A stretch of 64,000 nt of DNA from Nitrosopumilus sp. (GCA_965205675.1 OZ242186.1:1152001-1216000); one strand, 5' to 3'. Numbered from the stretch's first letter, positions 49,857 to 60,250 are shown. Numbers and translations: made by a program. Notes: generated by a model from the sequence alone, not told the origin.

Positions 49857-50817
49857 TTTTCTCTATTAATTCTAAATCTTTTTTAGTCTCATTTCCACCC
49901 ATGGTCAGATACCCTTCAGTAATTATTCCATTAGCTCCGCTTTGTAGTAATTCTTCACCCGAATCTGATAATTTTGATTCTCTGCCTCCTGAAATTTTAA
50001 TTACAGATTCTGGCAATAGAAATCTAATTACTGCAAACATTCTTACAATTTCTGAATTGGGCAATTCTGTTTGCAATTCTAATGGCGTGCCAGGCATTGG
50101 AACCAGAATATTTATCGTAACTTCTTCTGGAAATAATCTACCCAATTCTAATACTAATTCTAGTCTTTGTTCTCTTGTTTCGCCTAACCCTATAATTCCC
50201 CCCGTGCATAATTCTAATCCGGCATCACGTGCAATTTCAAGCGTTTTCAATCGATCTTCATAGGTATGGGTTGTACATATTTCTGGAAATTTTGATTTTG
50301 AGGTTTCTAGATTGTGATTGTATCTTTTTACTTTAAGTTCTTTTAGTTTTTTAGCTTGGTCAGATGTTAAAAAACCTAAACTACATTCTACACTGATTCC
50401 TACTTTTTTATTTATTTGTGAGATAATTGTACATATTTTTTCAAAATCTTTTGAAGATGGCTCCCTCCATGCAGCTACAAGACAGTATGATTCTGCCCCA
50501 TCTTCTTTTGCTTTGTTGGCTTTATCTACTATTTCGTCGGGTGTCAGTAATTGATATGTCTCTATTCCCGTATCAAAGAATGCAGATTGTCCACAAAATG
50601 TACAATCTTCGCTACATGCATTTTTCTTAATATTGTTTAATTGTTCTACATCAACTTTTTTGCCATTAAAATCATGAGTAATTTCATTTGCAGCTTGTGC
50701 TAATTCCATGAGATGTTTCTCAGGCACATTAAATAATTTCCTGATTTCTTCAGATGAAATCCCAATTCCTGAAAATACCTTTTCTTGGCATTCTTGGATG
50801 ATTGTTTGTGCATTCAT
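49840..50817 (-). CDS. bioB: Biotin synthase
   Basis: CSEDCTFCGQS and YNHNLET motifs; a second ATG at 50844 results from a tandem duplication. Confidence 0.95.
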   Translation of the reverse strand: MNAQTIIQECQEKVFSGIGISSEEIRKLFNVPEKHLMELAQAANEITHDFNGKKVDVEQLNNIKKNACSEDCTFCGQSAFFDTGIETYQLLTPDEIVDKANKAKEDGAESYCLVAAWREPSSKDFEKICTIISQINKKVGISVECSLGFLTSDQAKKLKELKVKRYNHNLETSKSKFPEICTTHTYEDRLKTLEIARDAGLELCTGGIIGLGETREQRLELVLELGRLFPEEVTINILVPMPGTPLELQTELPNSEIVRMFAVIRFLLPESVIKISGGRESKLSDSGEELLQSGANGIITEGYLTMGGNETKKDLELIEKIGLKT

Positions 50818-50868
50818 AATTTGGTTTGGAATTATTCCATTCATAATTTGGTTTGGAATTATTCCATT
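50811..50868. repeat. 27-bp tandem duplication spanning the bioB start
   Basis: CATTCATAATTTGGTTTGGAATTATTC x2 + CATT. Confidence 0.95.
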
Positions 50869-50883
50869 TATAACAATAATGGA

Positions 50884-50918
50884 AAGGTTAACCTATGTTT
50901 GGTTAGGGAGTTAACAAT
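50884..50918. promoter_or_regulatory. Possible BirA-type biotin operator upstream of bioB
   Basis: AAGGTTAAC-N17-GTTAACAAT versus the recalled consensus wwTGTtAAC-N14-16-GTTaACAww. Confidence 0.4.
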
Positions 50919-52240
50919 CAAACTATTTTGGGACTAGCATTCTTAATTGTTGTAATTGTTCTATTCAAAAGTATCTCTAATTCAGATTCAGATATTATCA
51001 ATGGCGGTACAATCATGACGATGTTTCCAAGGGTTCGGAGATAGATCCCATTCTTTCTTCCTTCCTCAAAGAAGATTTTGTTTATTGATTTTTTAGAAGT
51101 AATTGGATTTTTTCTTTTTTTATTCTTAACTAATTCTATACCCATTAACATGCCTCTATGGCGTATGTCTCCAACTATGTCTACCTTTAATATTTCGTCA
51201 TAGAATTTTTCAAATATTTTGGATTTTCTCTGTATTTTTCCAATTAGATTATTTTTTTTATACATCTTGAGATTTTCATATGCTACAGCAGCAGATATTG
51301 GATTTCCAGTAAATGTATGTCCATGAAAAAGATGTTTCCGGTCATTAAATTCCCCCAAGAATGAATTGTAAATTTTTTTGTTTGCAAGAGTAGCTGCCAT
51401 AGTCAGGTATCCCCCAGTTAACATTTTTCCATATGTTACTATGTCTGGTCTGCTTTGTTGTTTTTCGTATTCTGACATAGATCCTAACCTCCCAAATCCT
51501 GTGGCTATTTCATCTACGATAAACAAAACATCGTATTTTTTACATAATTGACTAATCTTTTTTTGAAATCCTTTAGGATAAATTATCACACCGCCTGCTA
51601 CTTGTGCCCCACTTTCCATAACAAATGCTGCAATGTCTTCTTTTTTTGCAAACCGTTTCTCAATTTTATCTAAACAATGATTTTGATACTCTAATTCCGT
51701 ATATTTTTTTGGTGTTCTGTATTTATTTGGTACTGGAAATTGTATCGTTGAAAATAGTTGTTTTTTGAACTTGCTAAAAAATTCTGGAACATATCCTACA
51801 GACATTGCACCAAATGTATCTCCATGATATCCATTTTCTAATGTTGCAATTTTTATTTTCTTTGTGTTTTCAATATTTTTCCAATACTGTAATGCAAGTT
51901 TTAAAGCAATTTCCATCGCAGATGAACCATTATCTGAATAAAACACACGATGCATTCCTGGAGATATGTCTATCAGTGTTTTTGCTAGTTTTTCTGCAGG
52001 CTCATTAGTTAAATTAAACATGGAAGAATGTTGGAGTTTTTTACTTTGATTTGTTATTGCTTTAACTAATTGGGGATTGGAATGACCCCACACATTACAC
52101 CACATTGAGGCTACAGCATCAATCATTTTATGGCCTTTTGAATCTACAAGCCACACTCCTTTTGCGCTACTTATCTGTATGAATTCATCCCATTCCTTCA
52201 TCTGTGTGTTAGGGTGCCATACAAAACTAGTAGTTTTCAA
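50918..52240 (-). CDS. bioA: DAPA aminotransferase
   Basis: VWHPNTQ, YHGDTFGAMS, DEIATGFGR and GKMLTGG motifs. Confidence 0.95.
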   Translation of the reverse strand: MKTTSFVWHPNTQMKEWDEFIQISSAKGVWLVDSKGHKMIDAVASMWCNVWGHSNPQLVKAITNQSKKLQHSSMFNLTNEPAEKLAKTLIDISPGMHRVFYSDNGSSAMEIALKLALQYWKNIENTKKIKIATLENGYHGDTFGAMSVGYVPEFFSKFKKQLFSTIQFPVPNKYRTPKKYTELEYQNHCLDKIEKRFAKKEDIAAFVMESGAQVAGGVIIYPKGFQKKISQLCKKYDVLFIVDEIATGFGRLGSMSEYEKQQSRPDIVTYGKMLTGGYLTMAATLANKKIYNSFLGEFNDRKHLFHGHTFTGNPISAAVAYENLKMYKKNNLIGKIQRKSKIFEKFYDEILKVDIVGDIRHRGMLMGIELVKNKKRKNPITSKKSINKIFFEEGRKNGIYLRTLGNIVMIVPPLIISESELEILLNRTITTIKNASPKIV

Positions 52241-52308
52241 ACAGCATTTGTAATTCTAATGTTCATAAAAATTGAACGGTAAGATTAATCTGTAATACTC
52301 TTTGATAG

Positions 52309-53001
52309 TTGTCGTTGAAATCCCTCTTCATTGCTGGAACTGATACTGATGTTGGAAAAACATATGTTACAGCAGGCATTGCAACGACTCTATGTAAAAT
52401 GTCTGTAGATGTAGGAGTAATGAAACCTTTTGCAGCAGGCATTGCCCAAAAAAAAGGATTCAAATCCGAAGACGTTGGGATTATTTCCCGTGCAGCGCAA
52501 CTAAACGATCCTGAAAAACTGGTTAACCCTCAATTCTTTCCAATATCAGCATCCCCTTACACTGCTTGGAAATCTTTAAAAATTAAACCCAAGGTTAGCA
52601 CCATTTTATCTAGTTTTAAAAAATTATCTGTACTTCATAAAATTATTCTTGTTGAAGGCATAGGTGGCGTAATGACTCCCATTATGAAGAATTACTATGT
52701 TACAAATTTGATTAAAGATATGAAAATCCCTGCAGTAATTGTTACTAGAACCAAAGTTGGCACAGTAAATCACACAATCATGACTGTACGCATGTGTGAG
52801 AAATATAAAATCCCAATGAAAGGGATAATCATAAACGATTTTGATTCTAATGGTTACAACACAAAAGAGTTGACTCGCGATTTGAAAAATTTATTAAATA
52901 TTCCCATACTTGGCACTATTCCTTTTGTTGATGATCTTAGCGATGCTTCTTTATACAAAATTTTTAAAAAAAATCTTGATTTTGAATTATTGTTAAAATA
53001 G
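52309..53001 (+). CDS. bioD: Dethiobiotin synthase
   Basis: GTDTDVGKT, VEGIGG and GTVNHT motifs. Confidence 0.95.
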   Translation: MSLKSLFIAGTDTDVGKTYVTAGIATTLCKMSVDVGVMKPFAAGIAQKKGFKSEDVGIISRAAQLNDPEKLVNPQFFPISASPYTAWKSLKIKPKVSTILSSFKKLSVLHKIILVEGIGGVMTPIMKNYYVTNLIKDMKIPAVIVTRTKVGTVNHTIMTVRMCEKYKIPMKGIIINDFDSNGYNTKELTRDLKNLLNIPILGTIPFVDDLSDASLYKIFKKNLDFELLLK

Positions 53002-53006
53002 ATTTA

Positions 53007-53558
53007 TCATATACGTAATATTTTGAATTTGCTAATTCCACTCACATTTGTAAATTTTGCAATTTCAAATATTATTTTTGAAAATGTATTATTTTCTTTA
53101 GATAATACAAATGATCTTTTCCCAATGTTCATATTTTCAGATAACACTACCCATATGTTGTCTTTTTCTGATTGGTTTTTTTCCAATTCTGAGATTTTTT
53201 TCTTAACTATTACAATATCTGAGGATTTTGGGACACATATCAATAATGCTTTTTTTGGATCTTTTTCCAATGTTTTAATGTCCGGAATCACAATATCTAT
53301 TTGATTTCCCCCATACTCTAACTTTCTCTGACTAGGAACTAGTGAATTTGTAAGTAAATAATGCAATATTCCAATGGCTAAAATCCCAATTGCTTCATCT
53401 TTTTCATCCATTGATATGACTTGATCATAGCAATTCTTTACAATGTCTTCTATAATCTGATCAAATTTTTTTTCAATTATTAATTTATTAATTATTTCAG
53501 ATTTTTCAATGTATTCAAACAGTGTATCTTTTATTGGATTTGACTCTTCGCTCATCAT
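53007..53558 (-). CDS. Hypothetical protein (possible degenerate PD-(D/E)xK fold)
   Basis: 183-aa ORF containing QRKLE...IDIVIP. Confidence 0.7.
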   Translation of the reverse strand: MMSEESNPIKDTLFEYIEKSEIINKLIIEKKFDQIIEDIVKNCYDQVISMDEKDEAIGILAIGILHYLLTNSLVPSQRKLEYGGNQIDIVIPDIKTLEKDPKKALLICVPKSSDIVIVKKKISELEKNQSEKDNIWVVLSENMNIGKRSFVLSKENNTFSKIIFEIAKFTNVSGISKFKILRI

Positions 53559-53662
53559 TCTTCAAAATCTCTTTCGATAGTTATACTATTAATTTATAGG
53601 TTCAAAGGGCTTTGTTTGTTATTTTAAAATCGGATTTATTGCATAATTTAGAAAATCCTGAG

Positions 53663-55057
53663 TTATTCGTTGAAAATGTAGCGCCTTTCGCCTCTAGATT
53701 CTTTTTCAGTATCAACATGTACTAAAACAAATTCTTTCTTTGAGTGCACCTTTGATTCTTCTGGTGTTAGTTTGTTTTCATGTAGTTCTTCATACTCTTT
53801 CCATGTTAGTCGCCTCCTATTTCCGATCTCGGTTTCCAAATTCATGTTCTTTACCATTTCTTTGTAAGTTGGTTGTATTACTCCACTAAACACCATCGCA
53901 CTACTTCCACTTCCATAAGAACCAAATCCTACTCTTTTTCCTTCCAAATCAATTCCTTTTTGATATTCAAATTCCAAACTGCTTCTAAATCCCAGATATA
54001 ATGATGCAGTATACAAATTACCAATCATACTTGAGGCAATCAATGAACTTGATAGTTTTGATTCATAAACTTCTTGATAAGATTGGGTTTTTGTAAATAG
54101 TTTTGTAAACTCATGATCTTTTGCCATAAACTCGTCATCCCCTAACACAGATTCAATTGTTCCGCGTGGATCTTTGGGTATTGGTTCTTTTATTCCTATG
54201 TCTTGTAAAATTTTCTTCCATCTTGGCAGCTGTCTCCATTCATGTCTAACCAAATATGCTAGTGCTTTTTTTCCCATGTTACTATATGGTAAATGCATGT
54301 TGATGTAATCCATATGATCTAGAATTGTTTCATCTTGTTCTATTTTGATTAGTCCTGAAGACACCACTTTTTTCTTATATGCTTCAAGTGCCTTTCTTAC
54401 TTGAATCATGTATAATAAATTAGAATACTGGCCATGAACAATAGGCGTCTCTTTTCCAAATGGTCTATAAAAATCATATTCATCTTTAATTGATGTAGAT
54501 GTAACTTTAGGATCAAATGCTAATAATCTTGGGTCATCATTAAGAAGCATAACTACTGCACCTGCCCCCTGAGTCATTTCACCACTTGAACCCATATCGT
54601 ATTTTGCAATATCTGAAACTACCACTAGCGCATGTTTTCCTTCCGCTTCTCCGGCTCTAATCCAATTTGTATTATCATAAAGTGCATATGAGCCACTTAC
54701 ACATGCAAATTTTGTTTCAACACCTCCACAATGTTCAAATGCACCTTGACCGTAAACTTGTTCTAGCATACCAATAACATAAGAATTCATTGCCTTTGAT
54801 TCATCAAATGCAGATTCTGTTGAAACATATAGTCTTCCAATGTCTTCTGGCGATAGTTTATTTTTCTGCATTATTCGCAAACAGGCATTTGCTGCAAGGC
54901 ATGCCGGATCTTGATTAGCATCCACTATTGCCATTTGAGAAACACCCAAGCCTTTTTGTAATTTTACTGGATCTAATCCTCTATTATCTGCAAAATCAGC
55001 TGCATCAATATACAATCTTGGAATGTATATTGCAATATCATCTATCCCAGCTGCCAT
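53663..55057 (-). CDS. Hydroxymethylglutaryl-CoA synthase
   Basis: STES, KFACVSG, TQGAGA, MHLPY and GNLYTASLYL motifs. Confidence 0.95.
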   Translation of the reverse strand: MAAGIDDIAIYIPRLYIDAADFADNRGLDPVKLQKGLGVSQMAIVDANQDPACLAANACLRIMQKNKLSPEDIGRLYVSTESAFDESKAMNSYVIGMLEQVYGQGAFEHCGGVETKFACVSGSYALYDNTNWIRAGEAEGKHALVVVSDIAKYDMGSSGEMTQGAGAVVMLLNDDPRLLAFDPKVTSTSIKDEYDFYRPFGKETPIVHGQYSNLLYMIQVRKALEAYKKKVVSSGLIKIEQDETILDHMDYINMHLPYSNMGKKALAYLVRHEWRQLPRWKKILQDIGIKEPIPKDPRGTIESVLGDDEFMAKDHEFTKLFTKTQSYQEVYESKLSSSLIASSMIGNLYTASLYLGFRSSLEFEYQKGIDLEGKRVGFGSYGSGSSAMVFSGVIQPTYKEMVKNMNLETEIGNRRRLTWKEYEELHENKLTPEESKVHSKKEFVLVHVDTEKESRGERRYIFNE

Positions 55058-55258
55058 AAGCTTGGCTCCGAGTTTATACATTTAAGGATATTGGATAAAT
55101 TCCAAGTGTCTAGGAAGGAAATTTTTGTAATTTTTTTTTAACAGTCTATTCAGGATTTGATCGCATTTTGCTATTTTTTTAGATCTTGGTCTGGTCCCCT
55201 CTAGAGTAGGACCGGTAGCATACATACACTTTTCAGATAACTTGGGAGGCTTACCCTC

Positions 55259-55549
55259 ATGGTAAAGAGCAAATTCACATCAGCAGAAAAGTCAAGAGTG
55301 GTTTTAGAGTCACTAAACACAAACATTGCAACTGCAGAGTTGTGCAGAAAGTACAATATTCATCCACAGACATTCTACCAATGGAGGGAACGATTTGTAG
55401 AAGGTGGCAAGGCATCATTAAATGGCACACCAAACGGAGATGTCTGCAAGAATCTGCAAAAGGAAAATGATTCCCTCAAAAAACTAATCGGCGAGATCAC
55501 AATTGCCAATGACATTTTAAAAAAAACGTTGGAGAACCAGAAAAGATGA
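55259..55549 (+). CDS. IS3 OrfA
   Basis: HTH (AELCRKYNIHPQTFYQW) plus leucine zipper; A8 slippery run at 55519-55526. Confidence 0.92.
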   Translation: MVKSKFTSAEKSRVVLESLNTNIATAELCRKYNIHPQTFYQWRERFVEGGKASLNGTPNGDVCKNLQKENDSLKKLIGEITIANDILKKTLENQKR

Positions 55550-56367
55550 CTGCAGTGAATCAACTGAACAAACACATCAGTTTGAACAAGTCATTGTTAT
55601 TAATTGGAGTCTCAAAATCCAAATGGTATTACTCAAAGTCACCAAGAAGGATTCAGACAGATCCTGCAGTAACTGATGTAGTTCAAAAGATTGGAAAACA
55701 AAGGCCAACTTATGGAACCAGACGCATGGCATCCCAAGTCTCAAGGGAACTGAACAAGCCTGTAAACAGAAAACAAATCAGAAGAATATTTCACAAATTG
55801 GGCTGGATTGGGCCTAAAAAGACCAAAAATGACATCATCAAATCTGCCAGAACATTATTCAAGCCTGATGCACCAAACCAGTTGTGGCAGACAGACATCA
55901 CATATGTCTGGTGTGGGGTTGACAGATGGTGCTACTGCTTTAACGTGATTGATGCATTTAGCAGGAAATGGATTTGGCATTCATTTGATGTGGCAGCTCC
56001 AAAGAGCACTGCAATTGACAGCATCATTAATGCAGTAGCTACTGCAAAGCCTGATTGCACAAAACTGATTCTCAGAACTGACAACGGTTCGCAATACAAC
56101 AGCCGAGATTTCAGAAAAGCAGTTGTTCTACTTGGAATAAGACACGAATTCATCGGGCACCACACGCCAGAACAAAACGGACATGTCGAATCATTCCACA
56201 AGACACTCAAGAAGGAATACTTGTGGAGGTACGAGTTTGCAAACTATCAGGAAGCCGAAGTTGCTCTAGAGAAAGCACGAATCGATTACAATGGTTCCAG
56301 GATTCATTCAGCGTTAGGATACCTTACTCCTGATGAATTCATGGAGTTATGGGAGATGAAAACATAA
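55546..56367 (+). CDS. IS3 OrfB (rve DDE)
   Basis: WQTDITY, TDNGSQY, PEQNGHVESFH and HSALGY motifs; -1 frame relative to OrfA with ATGA overlap. Confidence 0.94.
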   Translation: MTAVNQLNKHISLNKSLLLIGVSKSKWYYSKSPRRIQTDPAVTDVVQKIGKQRPTYGTRRMASQVSRELNKPVNRKQIRRIFHKLGWIGPKKTKNDIIKSARTLFKPDAPNQLWQTDITYVWCGVDRWCYCFNVIDAFSRKWIWHSFDVAAPKSTAIDSIINAVATAKPDCTKLILRTDNGSQYNSRDFRKAVVLLGIRHEFIGHHTPEQNGHVESFHKTLKKEYLWRYEFANYQEAEVALEKARIDYNGSRIHSALGYLTPDEFMELWEMKT

Positions 56368-56389
56368 ATGAATCAGACTGTATGTAAGA

Positions 56390-57121
56390 TTATGCAAAAA
56401 GTGGTACTAAAAACAGGGGTCCACTCCAATCTTCTTCAAAAACTTGTTCAAATGTTTCATATGACTGCGCTCCAAACAAGCTGGTTATTTTTCCATCTAG
56501 GCTTATCACAAAAAATGCAGGAGTTCCAGTTAGTTCTAAACTTTGTGCATCTTCGTTACTGGCCAGTATTGTTTGTGAGTGTACTCCGTTTAACATACAT
56601 TCAGTCCACACATCCAAGTCCAATCCTATTTCTTGAGCAAATTTTCCCAGGTTTTCTGATGATGCCCATCCGTTGTTTTCTCCAGTCCAATTTGAATATA
56701 ATATGTCGTGGTATTCCCAAAATAATCCTTGATCATTTGCGCAATGTGTTCCATGTGATGCGTTAACTGAGTCTGGACCAATAATGTTGTAATCTTTAAA
56801 AATTATTTTGACTTTTCCCGTATTTACATAATTTTCTAAAATTTTACCTTCAGTTGAATGAAAAAATACATTACAGAAATGACACTGGTAATCCCCAAAT
56901 TCAATTAATGTGATGGGCGCATTAGGATCTCCAAGTATTGGCGAACCGTTAGCTAAAAATGTGTCCATAGTCACTTTTGCAGGTTCTGCTTGTTGTATTG
57001 TAGGCGTTGGTTGAATTTCAAGCTCTGGTTGATTTGAAATAGTTCCAAATCCTAAAAATGCCACAATTATCACTACTGATGCAATTACAGCTCCAATGGC
57101 AAGAGATGGGGCATGTATCAT
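56390..57121 (-). CDS. DsbA-family thiol-disulfide oxidoreductase, C-terminus altered by IS3
   Basis: EFGDYQCHFC and GTPAF motifs; native end LKK* lies at 55171-55182, beyond the IS. Confidence 0.9.
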   Translation of the reverse strand: MIHAPSLAIGAVIASVVIIVAFLGFGTISNQPELEIQPTPTIQQAEPAKVTMDTFLANGSPILGDPNAPITLIEFGDYQCHFCNVFFHSTEGKILENYVNTGKVKIIFKDYNIIGPDSVNASHGTHCANDQGLFWEYHDILYSNWTGENNGWASSENLGKFAQEIGLDLDVWTECMLNGVHSQTILASNEDAQSLELTGTPAFFVISLDGKITSLFGAQSYETFEQVFEEDWSGPLFLVPLFA

Positions 57122-57645
57122 TGACTATGGATTTTTCTAAGTACATTTAGTCGTTTGTTCTAAATCAACCTCACGATATGTCGATAATAGTATTTTTGAT
57201 ACACCAGCAACTGTATCTTTAGATGGTTCTTGCTCCTTTTTTACTCTATCACGTCTTTGCATCCTAGAATATCGATTAGAAACCAATATGCATCATATCA
57301 GACTGATGAGTATTACACGAGGATGCACTGTAAGTTTTTGAACTAGATTCATTTTTTATGCTATCTGATTTCCTTGCCAATGTATTCACAGTATCAGGCA
57401 ATGTGTTTGTTGGCAGTTCTAGTCTTCTTGCGAGTTTTGGCACGAATGCAAGTATCTTCTAATTTCCTAGATGATTTTGGCACATATGGTTATAGTTACC
57501 AGTGTAATTTATTGAGATCTAAATTAAGACAAAAATTTCCAATTAGGAAAAAGTTCTCAAATACCAGCCATCATGTCTGGTAAAAAAAATATTCAAAAAT
57601 AAGCAAATGCTCAAAAATTAAGAGATAAAAAAGAAATTTTTGATT

Positions 57646-58884
57646 TTATTGGAATGGATCAATAAAAGGACAGTTGACAATATGGTCACTGCCCATTGGA
57701 CGTGCAATACCAATATCAATCAAACCAGTTTCCCTGTAGGCATTAATATCATCAAGGGTTTCTAATACCTGTGCATTTTCAGGATTATTCCAACCAATCA
57801 CAAAGATTCTCCACATTGGAGAATAGTTATCATCACCAGGAGCTCCTGCTGCAATCCCAGGTTGGAATCCTAATGGACCAGTGCCTGTCAGACCATTTTT
57901 GAATTGATACAAATCTACTGCTGCTGAATTTACAATCAAGTTTGCAGATGTTGGTGAATTTACAACGCCCATCATTCCTGCAGGACCACTTGGAGTAGCA
58001 TCTGTTACAATGTAATAGATAGTTCTACCATCTGGACCCCATCCACGATGAGATATGAAAGTCACATTCATCTCTTCTGTATTGATATCAAGAATTTGAC
58101 CGCCGCCGTAAGGGGTAACATCAGTTAATGTCTTATCCTCCTTAACCATCATCTGACCTTCAGGCCAAATAATCTGGGGCATATTCAAAACTACATTAAG
58201 ATCTGTCAAGGTGATTTCACCATTCTCAGCTGCTTCGATAATCATTGTTTCTGAATCAAGCACTCTTGAAGCAACACCCTCATTCCATGTTACATGAACA
58301 TGAGAAGTTAATGCACTATACACTTCTGCTTGAGCAGGAGTACTAGTGAAGACTTGACCCTGGTATCCATGTATACCATCGCCTTCAATGCCGTTGGTAA
58401 ACAAGTATATTTTAGAAAGTGCTTCTTCAGGAACATTCTTCAACAAAGGAGCAAGTTCAACTTGCCATCCTTGTTGTTCAGTAATTATATTTGCATGTGT
58501 GGGATCACTTGAATCAGTGATGATATAATAAACATCGTCACCATCATAGTAGCCTTGATGCAGAGGAATTGTTGCAGGAACATTCGCTCTTGATAATCTA
58601 AGTACAGAACCCAAGTCGGATTCAGTTAATTCTTCTGAGGATTCTGCCTCAATTGGAACTGCAAGAGCAGTACTTCGATCTTGGTCTGCTTCCCAACCGG
58701 CTCTATCACCAGGATAATTAGAACATAGGTCTAATCCACAAATGTTAGTACTTGAACCATATTGAGAGATTCCAGTTCCTTTGCTTTTCAAAGCATCAGC
58801 ATCTGCGAAATAGTCAATTCCCAAACCTGTGGCAAACAAGGGTAAAATTGCAAGAAATACAATGTATCTTAAACTCTTGTTCAT
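57646..58884 (-). CDS. Secreted protein with two internal repeats (DUF7482-like)
   Basis: Signal peptide; ALKSKG..QYGS..CGLDLCS; two YYIxTD...YxFxNG..G..GxQ...YS repeats; ends in VNCPF. Confidence 0.85.
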   Translation of the reverse strand: MNKSLRYIVFLAILPLFATGLGIDYFADADALKSKGTGISQYGSSTNICGLDLCSNYPGDRAGWEADQDRSTALAVPIEAESSEELTESDLGSVLRLSRANVPATIPLHQGYYDGDDVYYIITDSSDPTHANIITEQQGWQVELAPLLKNVPEEALSKIYLFTNGIEGDGIHGYQGQVFTSTPAQAEVYSALTSHVHVTWNEGVASRVLDSETMIIEAAENGEITLTDLNVVLNMPQIIWPEGQMMVKEDKTLTDVTPYGGGQILDINTEEMNVTFISHRGWGPDGRTIYYIVTDATPSGPAGMMGVVNSPTSANLIVNSAAVDLYQFKNGLTGTGPLGFQPGIAAGAPGDDNYSPMWRIFVIGWNNPENAQVLETLDDINAYRETGLIDIGIARPMGSDHIVNCPFIDPFQ

Positions 58885-58935
58885 ATGAGTGAAGATAGAA
58901 CTGGGCTTTAAAAGAATTTGCCCAAATGAGACAAT

Positions 58936-59559
58936 TTAATCAGATAATTCAGAAAATCTATTTCCAACATAATCCCAGTTTACAACATTCCACCAGGCAT
59001 CAACATAATCAAAACGTCTGTTTTGATACTTTAGATAGTATGCATGTTCCCAAACATCCAATCCCAATAAAGGATATTTTTGGACAGTCCAAGGACTAGT
59101 TTGGTTTTCAGTTGTAATAATTTCAATTCTATGATAAGTCTCATTGAAAACTAACCAACACCAACCACTGCCTTGAATGCCAAGGGCTTTTTCAGAAAAA
59201 ATTTTCTTAAAATTACGAAAATTATCAAAATAAACATCAATCGAGTCTTCTAATTTTCCGCCAGGTTGTCCATCACAATTAGGAGTCATAGTTTCCCAAA
59301 ATAATCTATGATTTTCAAATCCACCACCAAAGAAGTTGATTGCACTTCTTCCAGACTCAGAGACGGATTTTAAATCAGATAAAATAGATGAAATGTATTG
59401 AGGATGAGATGCACTGCCAATACCTTCAAGAGATTTGTTCAGTCCATCAACATACGCCTGATGATGTTTTTGATGGTGAATTTTCATAGTTTCGCTATCA
59501 ATGAATGGTTCTAACTCATCATAATCATAAGGCAATCTTGGAAGTTCATATCTAACCAT
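58936..59559 (-). CDS. sod: Fe/Mn superoxide dismutase
   Basis: HHQKHH and DVWEHAYY motifs. Confidence 0.96.
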   Translation of the reverse strand: MVRYELPRLPYDYDELEPFIDSETMKIHHQKHHQAYVDGLNKSLEGIGSASHPQYISSILSDLKSVSESGRSAINFFGGGFENHRLFWETMTPNCDGQPGGKLEDSIDVYFDNFRNFKKIFSEKALGIQGSGWCWLVFNETYHRIEIITTENQTSPWTVQKYPLLGLDVWEHAYYLKYQNRRFDYVDAWWNVVNWDYVGNRFSELSD

Positions 59560-59632
59560 GAATCAATATAATACAATCCACATATATTCTTCAAGTGCAA
59601 AGAATGATAAATCTTGACAGTATAGAAAAAAC

Positions 59633-60250
59633 ATGAGGCAGTTAGGTACTATAGATTTAGAAATTTTGCATTTAGCAATAAATGAAAACGGCACATTTGA
59701 TGAAACCAATCTTGAAGATTCAGAATTAAAACGATTTGGAGTTGGGAAATTATTAGACTCGCTGGCAACACTAAAAGACAGAAAAATGATATCGCTAAAC
59801 AAGGAGGGCTCATTTACAATCACAGAGTTGGCAAGAGAGATTCTTTGGAGTAAAAACATTCCAACGTGGGCAAAAATATTACGGTTGCTACAGATAAAAT
59901 CATGTAATTTCAAACAAATCGAAGATATTTTAAAAATATCAAAAAATGAACTTGAAGAAAATATCAGAAGGTTAAGAAAAAATCAGTTTGTATTAATGTC
60001 ACCACAAAGAATAGAAGAAAGAGTAATCAAAGTTTATGAGATTTTACCTGAAGGAATAGAGGAAATAGATAAAACAGAAACAAACGGGTTTGATAATACA
60101 AAATTTAGAGAGTCAAAACAGGAAACAGAAATTCAAAGCATCATAGATCAGATTATAGAAGAAATTCAAAGTAACATTAAGTTAGAACAGATAAAAAAAG
60201 AATCAGTTATTAGAAAATTAACCATATTAAAAGATAAGTTAGAAATTTAA
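59633..60250 (+). CDS. Tandem winged-helix protein
   Basis: Two wHTH-like segments (FTITELAR; VYEILPEG). Confidence 0.75.
   Translation: MRQLGTIDLEILHLAINENGTFDETNLEDSELKRFGVGKLLDSLATLKDRKMISLNKEGSFTITELAREILWSKNIPTWAKILRLLQIKSCNFKQIEDILKISKNELEENIRRLRKNQFVLMSPQRIEERVIKVYEILPEGIEEIDKTETNGFDNTKFRESKQETEIQSIIDQIIEEIQSNIKLEQIKKESVIRKLTILKDKLEI

Larger units (their letters stand above)
55187..56428 (+). mobile_element. Intact IS3-family element
   Basis: TG...CA ends; IRs TGGTCTGGTCCCCT / AGGGGTCCACTCCA; 4-bp TSD ATCT at 55183-55186 and 56429-56432. Confidence 0.95.

Noticed and set aside
57130-57640. Possible decayed toxin-antitoxin (HicA-like) fragments
   Set aside because: The resemblance is too weak and stop-ridden to support a call.
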